The notes beneath the pieces were generated by a model that saw only the letters and a program-made list of their open reading frames with translations, had not been told where the DNA came from and did no database searches. From an uncultured delta proteobacterium (GTDB taxonomy: Bacteria; Myxococcota_A; Polyangia; Polyangiales; Houyiibacteriaceae): a stretch of 64,000 nt of DNA. The stretch spans positions 7,790 to 71,789 of the forward strand of contig CAVOVB010000011.1 of NCBI GenBank assembly GCA_963699755.1, given 5' to 3'. Position numbers and translations under genes: made by a program. Numbering within the stretch: position 1 is the stretch's first letter; every line of letters starts with the position of its first letter. Positions 29,880 through 39,600 of the stretch are shown piece after piece.

Positions 29880-31708
29880 CTCTGTTTAGTGTTCGACTTG
29901 AGCCTGTGTGCGCTGCGCGTCAGCTCCACAAACTCTCGAGTGAGCCCTGCCGCCAGTGCATCGTCGCCGACTCGGCGCGCTTCGACGATGCGCTGTTGCA
30001 AACGGGGCAGCTCATGTTCGATGTTTTTTCGTTCGAGAAGTGGAAGGCCCTCGTCGAGAATTTGACGCGCTTCCTCTAGGTCGTGCTCCTGCACAGCCAA
30101 CTTCGCTTCCAACCACGGCCTGAGTTGATTGTCGTTCAACTCGTTGAGCAATGCCGCGCCACTGAGCGATCCCTGCCTATCCACCATCCGCAAGATAGAG
30201 TCAAAGATGGCGCGAAGATCAGGGCTCGTCAAAAGCTTCGGGAGCTTATGCACGCCTTCGTGGTGAACCAAGCTCGGTTGATCGATCAGCAAGGAAATCA
30301 ACTTCGACTGTAACTCCGACACCGTTGGTGCAATCGGCTGCTGCACTGCGTCACGGCGAGGGATAGGTCGATCGCCATGACGCCCGAGTCCGCGGCGCAA
30401 CTCGCGACGCACCAGACCAAGGTCCGTGATCCCAAATTTGCGGGCAACGCGTTCGACGTAGAGACCGCGTTCGATTGGACTTTCGACCTTGGCAAGAATC
30501 GGACCAAGTTTGGCAATGGAATCAGCCTTCGCATGGGGATTCGGCTCGGTCGTCGCCGCCGAATCGTCGATCAAATATTCAATTATGGTGGGGGCGCTCA
30601 CGATTCGAGCGCGCAACGAGTCGGCTCCATGCTCTCTCAGAAAGCTGTCCGGATCGGCGCCCTGCGGCAGTGTTACGACGTGCGCCTCGAGCCCGGCTTT
30701 GCTCACGACGCTATAGGCTTCGCGAACCGCCTTGCGGCCTGCCTTGTCGCCATCGAAGAGGAAGACCACCTTCTGAGCGAAGCGTTTGAGCAACTTGGCG
30801 TGCGCTTCGGTAAAGGCGGTGCCCATGGGGGCAACCGAGTTTTGAAAGCCGGCCTGGTGCAACGCGACGAGATCGAAGTTCCCCTCGCACAGGACACTAG
30901 TGTCTTCGCGCCGGATCTCCACGCGGCCTTCGTGCAAGCCGTAAAGGACCTCGCCTTTGTGATAGAGCTGGTTCTCCGGGCTGTTGAGGTACTTCGCAGG
31001 TGGCTCTTTCTGCTCCTCCATCGATGGCGCGGGCGCCAGCGCTCGGCCGCTGAACGCTACAATTTTGCCGTGCACGTCGGCGATGGGAAACATCAATCGA
31101 TGGCGGAACCGGTCGTAGTGTCCGCGGCCCGAGCGACGAGGGACAATGAGGCCGACAGCTTCTGCGTCGGCAGGTGATGCGCCGGCACGTTCCAAGAAAC
31201 GTACGAGCGAGTCCCATCCGTGTGGCGCATAGCCGAGGCGAAACTTGCGCGCGGACTCTTCGCTGATGCCACGATCGAGTAGCTCGCTGCGCGCGATGCC
31301 GCCATCGGGATGCTCGAGGAGCTGCGCACAATAGAAGTCGGTGGCCAGTTCGATCAAGGACGCCAGGCGCTCGGACTGCTTCCTGTGGCGTTGGTGCTCT
31401 GCTTCGCGCTGCGCGTCATAGACCGGCAACTGCACGCCGGTTTGCTCAGCGAGATCGCGCGCAACTTCTGGGAACGTCTTTCCTTCGACGTGCATCAGGA
31501 ACGAGAAAATGTCGCCTGACGCCTTGCAGCCGAAGCAATGGTAAAAGCCCCGGTTCGGATGCACGTAGAAGGAGGGGCTCTTCTCGTTGTGGAATGGGCA
31601 CAGGCCCTTGAGGCTGCTGCCGGACTTCTTGAGCGCGACGTAGTTGCCAATGACCTCTGCGATGGGGGCGCGGTCGCGGATCTCAGCAATCTTGTCTTCG
31701 GAAATCAC
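29876..31708 (-). CDS. dnaG: DNA primase
   Basis: Zinc finger [17 protein letters not shown], a TOPRIM region ([23 protein letters not shown]) and a C-terminal helicase-interaction domain. Confidence 0.95.
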   Translation of the reverse strand: MISEDKIAEIRDRAPIAEVIGNYVALKKSGSSLKGLCPFHNEKSPSFYVHPNRGFYHCFGCKASGDIFSFLMHVEGKTFPEVARDLAEQTGVQLPVYDAQREAEHQRHRKQSERLASLIELATDFYCAQLLEHPDGGIARSELLDRGISEESARKFRLGYAPHGWDSLVRFLERAGASPADAEAVGLIVPRRSGRGHYDRFRHRLMFPIADVHGKIVAFSGRALAPAPSMEEQKEPPAKYLNSPENQLYHKGEVLYGLHEGRVEIRREDTSVLCEGNFDLVALHQAGFQNSVAPMGTAFTEAHAKLLKRFAQKVVFLFDGDKAGRKAVREAYSVVSKAGLEAHVVTLPQGADPDSFLREHGADSLRARIVSAPTIIEYLIDDSAATTEPNPHAKADSIAKLGPILAKVESPIERGLYVERVARKFGITDLGLVRRELRRGLGRHGDRPIPRRDAVQQPIAPTVSELQSKLISLLIDQPSLVHHEGVHKLPKLLTSPDLRAIFDSILRMVDRQGSLSGAALLNELNDNQLRPWLEAKLAVQEHDLEEARQILDEGLPLLERKNIEHELPRLQQRIVEARRVGDDALAAGLTREFVELTRSAHRLKSNTKQR

Positions 31709-31808
31709 CGCAGCTTCTCACCTGTGCTTGTCGTCCCTGCGAAGTGGGCGCAGTGTAGACTTCGCCTGGTTCTTGGCAAGCACCGCTTGCCGCTGTAGTT
31801 GTGGCGCG

Positions 31809-32549
31809 ATGGCTTCAGCACGAACATCGCTCCCACGAATTGTATCGGTGTACGTCCTAGTGAGTGCCGCTGTGTTCACGGCGACCCGGCTCGAACAAAC
31901 CGCCGTCGTCGGGCAGTACGTCCACCTGCTCGTCGCCGCCATCTTCCTACTGACCTCGATCCGACTCACACGCAGCGACCCGGCACACTTCGGCCTGGCG
32001 CTCGGCGGGCTACTCGAGCCGCCCACGGACGATGAAGCAGGGGGCCCGCTTGGAATCTTCGAGCTAGGCCGCGCGCTTCGCAAGGCGCTCCCGTCTGCAG
32101 CGACGGAGCTCGGGATTGCCCTGTGTATTGCAGGAGTGGTGTTTCCTCTCTACGCCATTGGCTTCTCCTGGTGGAGTCAACCTGCCGGTTCTTTCTCCTT
32201 GTCGTTTCCGCCCAAGGTCGCGAGCTTCCTCTTGGCACAGCTCGTCGTGGTCGCTCTGCCCGAAGAGGCATTTTTCCGTGGCTATCTGCAAACCGCGTTA
32301 CGCGACTTGCAGAGAACGCGACTCCGCATTGTCGGAGTCGAGCTAGCGCCGCTCGCCTGGCTCTTTCAAGCGATCCTGTTTGCAGTGCTCCACTTCATCG
32401 TAGAACCCCACCCGGCGCGGCTCGCAGTCTTTTTCCCAGCCCTTCTATTCGGATGGACGCGTGCATGGCGCGGCGGAATCGGCGCCGCGCTGGCCCTCCA
32501 TGCCATGAGCAACCTTTATTCCGAGATTCTGGCGCGGAGTTGGCTATAA
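31809..32549 (+). CDS. CPBP-family intramembrane glutamic endopeptidase (CAAX protease-like)
   Basis: Motifs EEAFFRGYL, FAVLHF and HAMSN. Start chosen at ATG 31809 because the ORF-track start at 31644 overlaps dnaG. Confidence 0.8.
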   Translation: MASARTSLPRIVSVYVLVSAAVFTATRLEQTAVVGQYVHLLVAAIFLLTSIRLTRSDPAHFGLALGGLLEPPTDDEAGGPLGIFELGRALRKALPSAATELGIALCIAGVVFPLYAIGFSWWSQPAGSFSLSFPPKVASFLLAQLVVVALPEEAFFRGYLQTALRDLQRTRLRIVGVELAPLAWLFQAILFAVLHFIVEPHPARLAVFFPALLFGWTRAWRGGIGAALALHAMSNLYSEILARSWL

Positions 32550-32556
32550 CTCCGGT

Positions 32557-33405
32557 ATGCAGGTCAGTCCGCCGGCTCCCACCATTCTCGCGGAAACGGT
32601 TCGTCGTGCGCTCTCGGAGGACATCGATCGCGGAGACCTGACCAGCGAAGCCTGCATCGAGCCCAGCACGATCGGCACGGCCGCGCTCAGCGCCCGTGAG
32701 CGCGTCATCGTCTGCGGGCTCCCGATTCTCGAAGAGGTGTACGCGCAGATCGATCTTCTGGTCGACGTGGAGAACCACGTGCAGGACGGAGACCAGATCG
32801 AAGCAGGCATGACGCTCGCCACGATTTCTGGGCCGGCGATCTCGATTCTCCTTGGCGAGCGCGTCGCGCTCAATTTCATGCAAAGGCTCACGGGGGTTTC
32901 GACCATGACCAGGCGATTCGTAGACGCCCTGCCTGACGGTTCCCCCACCCGGGTCGCCGACACCCGCAAGACGACTCCGGGGCTCCGGGCCTTCGAGCGC
33001 TATGCCGTGCGCTGCGGCGGCGGCCACAACCACCGCCAGGATTTGGGGGCCGCCGTCTTGATTAAGGACAATCACATCGCAGCAGCGGGTGGTGTCAGCC
33101 GGGCGATCCAGCGCGCGCGCGCGTACGCTCCGCATACTTGCCGCATCGAATGTGAGGTCGATACTCGGGAGCAGCTCGAGGAAGCGCTCTCGGCCGGGGC
33201 CGACATCGTCATGCTCGATAATTTCGATGATGCGCAGGTGCGTGATGCGCTCAGCCTCGTCGATGGGAAGGCACTAGTCGAGGTGTCCGGCGGCGTCACG
33301 CTCGAACGCGTTGCCAGGCTGGGCGCACTCGGAGTCGACGTGATCAGCGTCGGCGCGCTCACGCACTCTTCTCCCTCCTCTGACCTCGGTCTCGACTGGA
33401 CCTGA
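32557..33405 (+). CDS. nadC: Nicotinate-nucleotide pyrophosphorylase (quinolinate phosphoribosyltransferase)
   Basis: 282 aa. TRKTTPGLRAFERYAVRCGGGHNHR and IMLDNF motifs. Confidence 0.93.
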   Translation: MQVSPPAPTILAETVRRALSEDIDRGDLTSEACIEPSTIGTAALSARERVIVCGLPILEEVYAQIDLLVDVENHVQDGDQIEAGMTLATISGPAISILLGERVALNFMQRLTGVSTMTRRFVDALPDGSPTRVADTRKTTPGLRAFERYAVRCGGGHNHRQDLGAAVLIKDNHIAAAGGVSRAIQRARAYAPHTCRIECEVDTREQLEEALSAGADIVMLDNFDDAQVRDALSLVDGKALVEVSGGVTLERVARLGALGVDVISVGALTHSSPSSDLGLDWT

Positions 33406-33408
33406 CTG

Positions 33409-34191
33409 GTGATCGACGATCTTCGACCGGAACGACTTGGCGAGTTGATCGAGGGTGACTGGGGTCGGTCCTTGACCGTGCAGGAGTGCACCGACTCGAC
33501 GATGGACGACGCCTCCAGGGCAGCGGCCCAGGGTGCGCCGGATGGGCATGTCATCCTTGCCGACCAGCAGCGTCGCGGAAGGGGAGCGCACGGACGAGAG
33601 TGGGTTTCGCCGCCGGGCACCGACCTCTACTTCTCAGTGGTCGCGCGCCCACTGGTCGAGCCCTCTGCAACTGCCCTCGTCACACTTGCCACGGGGCTCG
33701 GGGTGCGCGACGCAGTTGCGAGCTGCCTGCCCGGCCGCGCGGTCCACGTGAAGTGGCCCAACGACATCTGGGTCGATCGTCGCAAGTGCGCTGGCATTTT
33801 GGTGGAAAGCCGCACCCTTGGAACGCGCATTGATTCGGTCATCATCGGTGTAGGCTTGAACGTGAACCGCATGCAATGGCCGACCGAGCTGGATGGCGCG
33901 GCAACTTCGCTACGGAGCGAAACTGTGGGCGCAGAACCGCTCGACCGTGCCGAAGTCTTGGCCGCCCTGCTCTTTCGCATGGAGCGCTGGGTGAAGCGCC
34001 TCGTCATCGATGGCGCATCGGTCGTCGTCGACGCCCTCCGGCCGAGCCTTGCATTGGTTGGCGAACGAATTCGCTGGGAGGATGGGGAGGGCGTGTTCGA
34101 TGGCATCGATCGGGATGGCGCCGCGCGTGTGCGGACGCATGCTGGCCTCCGATCTCTTCATGCGGCACATATCGAGCCCCTCGAAGGCTGA
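33409..34191 (+). CDS. birA: Biotin--[acetyl-CoA-carboxylase] ligase, class I (no HTH domain)
   Basis: QQRRGRGAHGREWVSPPG (GRGRxGRxW-type motif). At 260 aa it has no N-terminal DNA-binding domain. Confidence 0.88.
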   Translation: MIDDLRPERLGELIEGDWGRSLTVQECTDSTMDDASRAAAQGAPDGHVILADQQRRGRGAHGREWVSPPGTDLYFSVVARPLVEPSATALVTLATGLGVRDAVASCLPGRAVHVKWPNDIWVDRRKCAGILVESRTLGTRIDSVIIGVGLNVNRMQWPTELDGAATSLRSETVGAEPLDRAEVLAALLFRMERWVKRLVIDGASVVVDALRPSLALVGERIRWEDGEGVFDGIDRDGAARVRTHAGLRSLHAAHIEPLEG

Positions 34192-34235
34192 GCCCTGCGC
34201 TTGCCTATGCCCGGCTCGCGCACCAAAACTCGCCG

Positions 34236-35162
34236 ATGACCCATGCAAACGAGCTCGACTGGTTGCAACGCTCCGTCGGGGCTCTCGCTCTAGAGGAGCG
34301 GGCGATCCTGTCAGTCGCAGGGGACGACGCACGCGGCTGGTTGCAAGGGCAGGTCAGCAACCAACTCGAAGGGGTCGAGCCCGGGGGCTCGGTCTATGCC
34401 TTCGTACTCACCTTGAAGGGCCGAATCTTGGCCGATGTGTACGTGCTCGTTCGCGAGGACGAGCTCTGGGTAGATGTCCCAGCCGCGCAGGTCGACGCGC
34501 TGCTCGAGCGCTTCGACCGATACATCATCATGGAAGACGTCGATATCGAACACCGCAAGGACCTGCACCTCCTCACGGCGCAAGGTCCGCGCGCGGCCGA
34601 GCTCGGCAACGGCGGATGGCCGGCGGATCGACTTGGCGTCGGAGGTCGGCAATGGGTCGTCAGTGATCAAGATTTCGAGTCGGAGCTTGGGAACCTAGTC
34701 GCGCGCAGTCACGAGTTGGACGGCGGCGCCGTGAGCAGAGCGACCTGGGCGCAAGCGCATGTCATTCGCGGACGCCCCCGCTTTGGCGTCGATTTCGGCG
34801 AGTGGACCTACCCCCAGGAAAGCGGCCTGAACCCGCTCGCCGTTTCGTTCCAGAAGGGTTGCTACATCGGGCAGGAGACGGTCGTGATGCTCGAGAACCG
34901 GGGAAAAGCCCCCAAGGTCCTCTGGCGCTGGGCTATCGAGGGCTCGGAGGCCCCCGCGGCCAAGTCGCCCATCACGATGGACGACACCATCGTGGGGGAA
35001 ATCACCTCGGCCGCCTCCGCTGCTCAGGGTGTGCTGGCCCTTGGTTTTCTCAAGCGTGGGTACGAGTCGGCAGGTCCCGAAGGCTTTGCGATCGCGGGCT
35101 TCGCGGCGCGAGCGCTCGGGCCGGTCCAAACAGGCCCTGGCGTTTGCCCCGCGGCAGCATGA
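34236..35162 (+). CDS. ygfZ: YgfZ-type folate-binding protein (aminomethyltransferase-fold, Fe-S cluster maintenance)
   Basis: KGCYIGQE motif. Start chosen at ATG 34236 (MTHANELDWLQRS). The Arg/Trp-rich upstream part of ORF 33876..35162 overlaps birA. Confidence 0.8.
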   Translation: MTHANELDWLQRSVGALALEERAILSVAGDDARGWLQGQVSNQLEGVEPGGSVYAFVLTLKGRILADVYVLVREDELWVDVPAAQVDALLERFDRYIIMEDVDIEHRKDLHLLTAQGPRAAELGNGGWPADRLGVGGRQWVVSDQDFESELGNLVARSHELDGGAVSRATWAQAHVIRGRPRFGVDFGEWTYPQESGLNPLAVSFQKGCYIGQETVVMLENRGKAPKVLWRWAIEGSEAPAAKSPITMDDTIVGEITSAASAAQGVLALGFLKRGYESAGPEGFAIAGFAARALGPVQTGPGVCPAAA

Positions 35163-35228
35163 CCTTACGGAAGCGCCGAGCTGGCGCGATTGCACCCCTG
35201 ACCTTATAGTGCGGGGCAAAGGAGCACC

Positions 35229-35552
35229 ATGCTAACCCTCACCCCCCGCGCCGCAGACAAAGTCAAAGAAATCCGAGACGCCGAAGGGCTTGCCGAACAA
35301 GGGCTTCGCGTACGGGTCATCGGTGGTGGTTGTGCTGGGTTTTCGTATGATTTGTTCTTTGAGGATGAAACCTCCGACCTGGATCAGACCTTCACCTCGC
35401 ACGGGATTTCCATTTACGTGGATATGATGAGCGCGCAGTACGTCGAAGGCACCGAGATCGACTACGTAGAGGGCCTGCAGGGCGCTGGATTCAAGTTCCA
35501 AAACCCGCAGGCTAGCCAGACCTGCGGCTGTGGTTCCAGTTTTTCCACCTGA
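35229..35552 (+). CDS. IscA/ErpA/HesB-type iron-sulfur cluster insertion protein
   Basis: 107 aa. GGGCAGFSY and C-terminal CGCGSSF cysteine ligands. Confidence 0.92.
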   Translation: MLTLTPRAADKVKEIRDAEGLAEQGLRVRVIGGGCAGFSYDLFFEDETSDLDQTFTSHGISIYVDMMSAQYVEGTEIDYVEGLQGAGFKFQNPQASQTCGCGSSFST

Positions 35553-35729
35553 TTCCTCTGCAATTTCAACATGCTGTGATGCTTGAGCGACTTTTGCTCA
35601 AAATTGTTCTTGCGTCTGTCGCATTCTTGTCTAAGTATTGTCTTGTTTTCATGGACGCAATCTAGACAACGCTCTTCCTCCTAGACAGTGACGTAACGTA
35701 ACGGTAGGGAGCGCATATAGGACATCATC
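35553..35729 (+). promoter_or_regulatory. AT-rich control region upstream of the sigma-32-like gene
   Basis: Locally AT-rich compared with its surroundings. Hairpin TTGAGC-N7-GCTCAA sits just after the upstream gene. TTGTCT occurs at 35627 and 35638, and CTAGACA at 35662 and 35681, in inverted orientation relative to each other. Confidence 0.3.
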
Positions 35730-36566
35730 ATGCAGTCATCCGCATCACTCGACCGATACATCCAGCAAGTTCGGGCCATCCCCAAGCTGACCCGCGAAGA
35801 CGAGCACGAGTTGGCCGTGCAGTGCCGTCAAGGGAACCAGGAGGCCGCCGATGCCCTGGTCGAGGCCAACCTTCGTTATGTGGTTGCGATCGCCCTTCAG
35901 TATCGACGCTACGGCGTGGCGCTCGGTGACTTGATCGCTGAAGGGAGCGTCGGCCTGGTGACGGCGGTTCGGAAGTTCGATCCGGATCGTGGCACACGGT
36001 TCGTGACGTACGCCGGCTATTGGATTCGCGCGTTCGTGCTCGAAGCAGTCGTTCGCTCGAGCACGATGATCGGCGCCGGCTCGGGGCCTTTCCGTTCGAA
36101 GCTGTTTTTCCGGCTTCGACGTGAGCGTGCGCGGCTCTCGAACCTGATTGCCGATCCGCAGGAGCTGATCGAGACGCTCGCGGTCGATTTCGAAACTACC
36201 CCGGCCAAGATGACGGAGTTGCTCCGCCGCCTCGACCAGCGCGAGGTTTCGCTCGACGCGCCTGCCTATCACGACTCGGATGCGACCCTCGTCGAGGTCC
36301 TGCCTGGCTCCACGGAGCCGCAAGATGACGTCGTCGCACGACAACGACGACAGAGTGGCATCCAGATGCGCCTTGCAGGGGCGCTTTCGTTGCTCGATGA
36401 CCGCGAGCGGCTCATCGTCGAAAAGCGAATCCTGAGCGACAATTCGGCGTCCCTCGCCTCCCTCGGCCGCGAGCTAGGTGTGAGTCGGGAACGCGCACGG
36501 CAACTGGAGGCACGGGCGAAGAAAAAGCTTGCCGATGAGCTCAGGGACCTGGCCCCCGCTGCCTGA
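35730..36566 (+). CDS. RNA polymerase sigma factor, RpoH (sigma-32)-like
   Basis: Region 2 (DLIAEGSVGLVTAVRKFDPDRGTRFVTYAGYWIRAF), an RpoH-box-like segment (KLFFRLRRE) and region 4 (LGRELGVSRERARQLEARAKKKL). Confidence 0.85.
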   Translation: MQSSASLDRYIQQVRAIPKLTREDEHELAVQCRQGNQEAADALVEANLRYVVAIALQYRRYGVALGDLIAEGSVGLVTAVRKFDPDRGTRFVTYAGYWIRAFVLEAVVRSSTMIGAGSGPFRSKLFFRLRRERARLSNLIADPQELIETLAVDFETTPAKMTELLRRLDQREVSLDAPAYHDSDATLVEVLPGSTEPQDDVVARQRRQSGIQMRLAGALSLLDDRERLIVEKRILSDNSASLASLGRELGVSRERARQLEARAKKKLADELRDLAPAA

Positions 36567-36649
36567 CCTACCTGCTCAAATGTAGGGTGTTCGCTCACCC
36601 AATGAGGCCAATGCGATTTTCGCAGAGCCAGAGTAGCATGTAGGTCACG

Positions 36650-39600
36650 ATGGTGTTCGAGGACGGGGACAGCACGGTATTGCGCCGCGAGGCGACGCAG
36701 GCGTTGGAACAAGACGATCTCGTCGACGAACCAGACGTTGCCCTGCCCCCTGCCATCCCAGTCCCCCGAGCGCCCCGCGCGCCAGAAAAGGCTGCGCTCT
36801 CCGAGGCGGATCGCAGCCGGCGCGCGCGCGACTGGATCGGAGAATGCGAACGAGAGCTACGCGAGCAACCCGACGTGCGGCGCGCGGCCCGCCTCTACTT
36901 CGAAATGGGACGCAGCTGCGAAGGTTCGCTCAAAGATGCGCGACGCGCACTCGAGTACTACCAGGCGGCACTGGAGCGCGCACCAGACTATGTGCCGGCG
37001 ATTCGCGCCACCCGCCGCCTCCTGCTCGGCGCACGTATGTTCAAGGAGGCACTACCGCTCTTCGACGCCGAGGCGCGAATCACCAGGCAGCCGAGCGACA
37101 AAGCGACCCTGTTCTTGCTGAAGGGGCGACTGCTGGAGGACGTGCTCGGCAATCGCGATGCCGCAGAGCAGGCGTACCATACGGCCCGCGCATTGGATCG
37201 TTCGCATGCAGCGATTCTGCGAGCCACCGAGCAGCGCGCATTCGCCAGGCAAGCCTGGCCGGATGTCGATCGTAATCTCGCCGAGCTGGCCAACGCTGCG
37301 GCATCGGACGACAGGCATCGAGCCGCTTTGATCATCCGTCGGGCCCAGCTGCTCGAAAGCCGGCAGCAACGTCCGGAACAAGCGGCCGAGCTTTACGAGA
37401 CGGCCTTGCAGCTGGACCCCAACGCCGTCATCGCGTTGCAAGCGCTAAAACGACTCTACTATGGGCAACGTCGCTGGCGCGACCTCATTCGGACGCTCGA
37501 AGCCGAGGCTCAGTGGGCGACCGAACCGTCCCTAAAGGCCTCTTCGCTATACCGCGCGGCACGCATTCACGCCGAGCTGCTTGGAAATCGCGACGGAGCA
37601 ATCCAAGCCCTAGAGCAGGCCCGAAGTTTACAGCCGGACGATCCGTTGATCCTGGGCGAGCTCGCGAGGCACTACGAGTCCGGGCAGCACCTCGAGGCGC
37701 TGGTCGAAACCCTCGAAGCCCTGACCAAAGCAACCGATGATCAAACGGAGAAGCTCACCTTCACCCAACGCATTGCACGGCTGTACGAAGAGGAGCTCCG
37801 CGACGTCGATCAGGCCATCACCTGGCATGAACGCGCGGTGGAGCTCGACCCTACTTCACTTTCGAGCCTGCAGGCCTTGAGCTTGCTCTACCGGATTCGC
37901 GGCGCCTGGCCAAAGCTGATCGACATGTGTCTTCGCGAGGCGCGCTACACGACCGACGCCGAACGGCGAGCCGACTCCCATGCACGCGCCGCGGAGATCT
38001 ACGAGACCCGGCTCAATGCGATCGACGATGCCATCGAGCACTATCAGCGCGCCCTCAACGCAACGCCTGACCACCCCACCGCGTTCAAGGCGCTGGCACG
38101 GTTGCTTTCCGACGTGCACAAGCCCAAGGAGCTGATCCAGCTGTATGAGAACGCCTTGGATCGCGCCAGCGGGTCGCGAGCGGTCTCATACCTGCTCAAG
38201 ATTGGGCAGATCTACGAGGATTCGCTCGGAGAGCCCGCGCTGGCCGCTCAGACTTACAAGCGCGTCCTGCAGCAGGACCCGGCGCACCTCTTGGCGGTTC
38301 AGGCTTGGCAACGTTCGGCCGCCCGTGCGCATCGGCCCCGGGAGCTCCTGGAGGCGCTCGACTACGAGATCGAGCTGACCGTCGAGCGCGATCGTTTGGT
38401 TGCGCTCTTGCACCGAGCCGGAGAGCTGCTCAATGAGCACCTAGACGACCGGGACGAAGCCATCACCCGCTACCGCCGAGCGCTCGAGAAGGACCCGCGT
38501 CACGTTCCGACGCTTTCGAGCCTCGGACGCCTCTACTACGCCGCCGGCCGCTGGAACGACCTGCTGGATGTCTATGGCCAAGAGCTCAGGCTGACGTCCA
38601 GCAAGCACCGAAGGGTGGCCCTTTTGCAGAAGATGGCCGAGATCTCCCGCGACCGGCTCGGAAGCGACGAGGACGCGCTCCGGTATCACCGCGAGGCGGT
38701 CAGGGTCGACCCGTCGCATGCTCCTTCACTTCAGGAGCTGGCGCGTCAGCTCCGCGAACGCGGCGATTGGTCCGACTTGGTCGACGTGCTGGAGCTCCAG
38801 CTTCACCACTCGAGTGCCGTTCGTATTCGAGCGCGTGCAGCGTTCTTGCTCGGTCAGGTCTACGAGGAGCACCTCGCGGATCGAACGAAGGCAATGACGG
38901 CCTACGAGGCCGCAATCGCGGCAGACGCGAACTATCGGCCCGCGGTCGATGCTCTGGCACGGGTGCGAGCCGAAGAGCACGACTGGACCCATCTGCTGTC
39001 TGATCTCGAACGCGAGCTCAAGCTCACCGAGGAGTCACCACGACGCGTCGCCCTATTTGCGCGAAAGGCACAAGTCTTGGAGCGCCAAGACAAGCACCGC
39101 CAAGCGATTCAGGCTTGGGAACAGGTGCTTGCAATCGACCCGAAGCATCTCGGAGCCCTATTGGCACTCGAGCAACTGTATCGGCAAGTCGGCGCGTGGC
39201 AGTCTCTATGCGGCGTGTATTCGGCGCAAGCCGAGGTGCTCGAAGATCCAAGCGGCAGAGTTTCCGCCCTCTACGAGCTTGCCCGGCTCCTAGAGCACCA
39301 GGGACTCGGAGAGTACGATGATGTCATTGGAGCGTATCGACGGGTCCTCGAGGTCGCGCCTTCGGACTTGGGCGCCTTGCTCGAGCTAGAGCGCTTGGCC
39401 GCGGGTCGCTGGGATTCGGAGCTTCTCCGCGAAGTCGACTCCCTGGGCGCACGCTCTGCGCAGGATCCAGCCGTCGCGGCGGCCCATCGCACTCGCCTGG
39501 CTGAGCTGGTCGAGGGCGAAGAGGATACCCAAGCGATCGAGCAGTTCCGCGCAGCGTCCATGGCTGACCCATACCACATCGGCGCAGCCCGAGGGCTGAC

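Noticed and set aside
33876-34235. Upstream extensions of several track ORFs. These are ygfZ from 33876, ftsH from 18247, recJ from 22579, secF from 23708, pheT from 55460, apt from 50941, glmM from 12037, the dsbD-like gene from 42256, thrS from 60633 and the CPBP gene from 31644.
   Set aside because: The extensions overlap the preceding gene, are Arg/Ser/Trp-rich, and precede an internal start that reproduces the conserved family N-terminus, often with stop/start coupling to the neighbouring gene.
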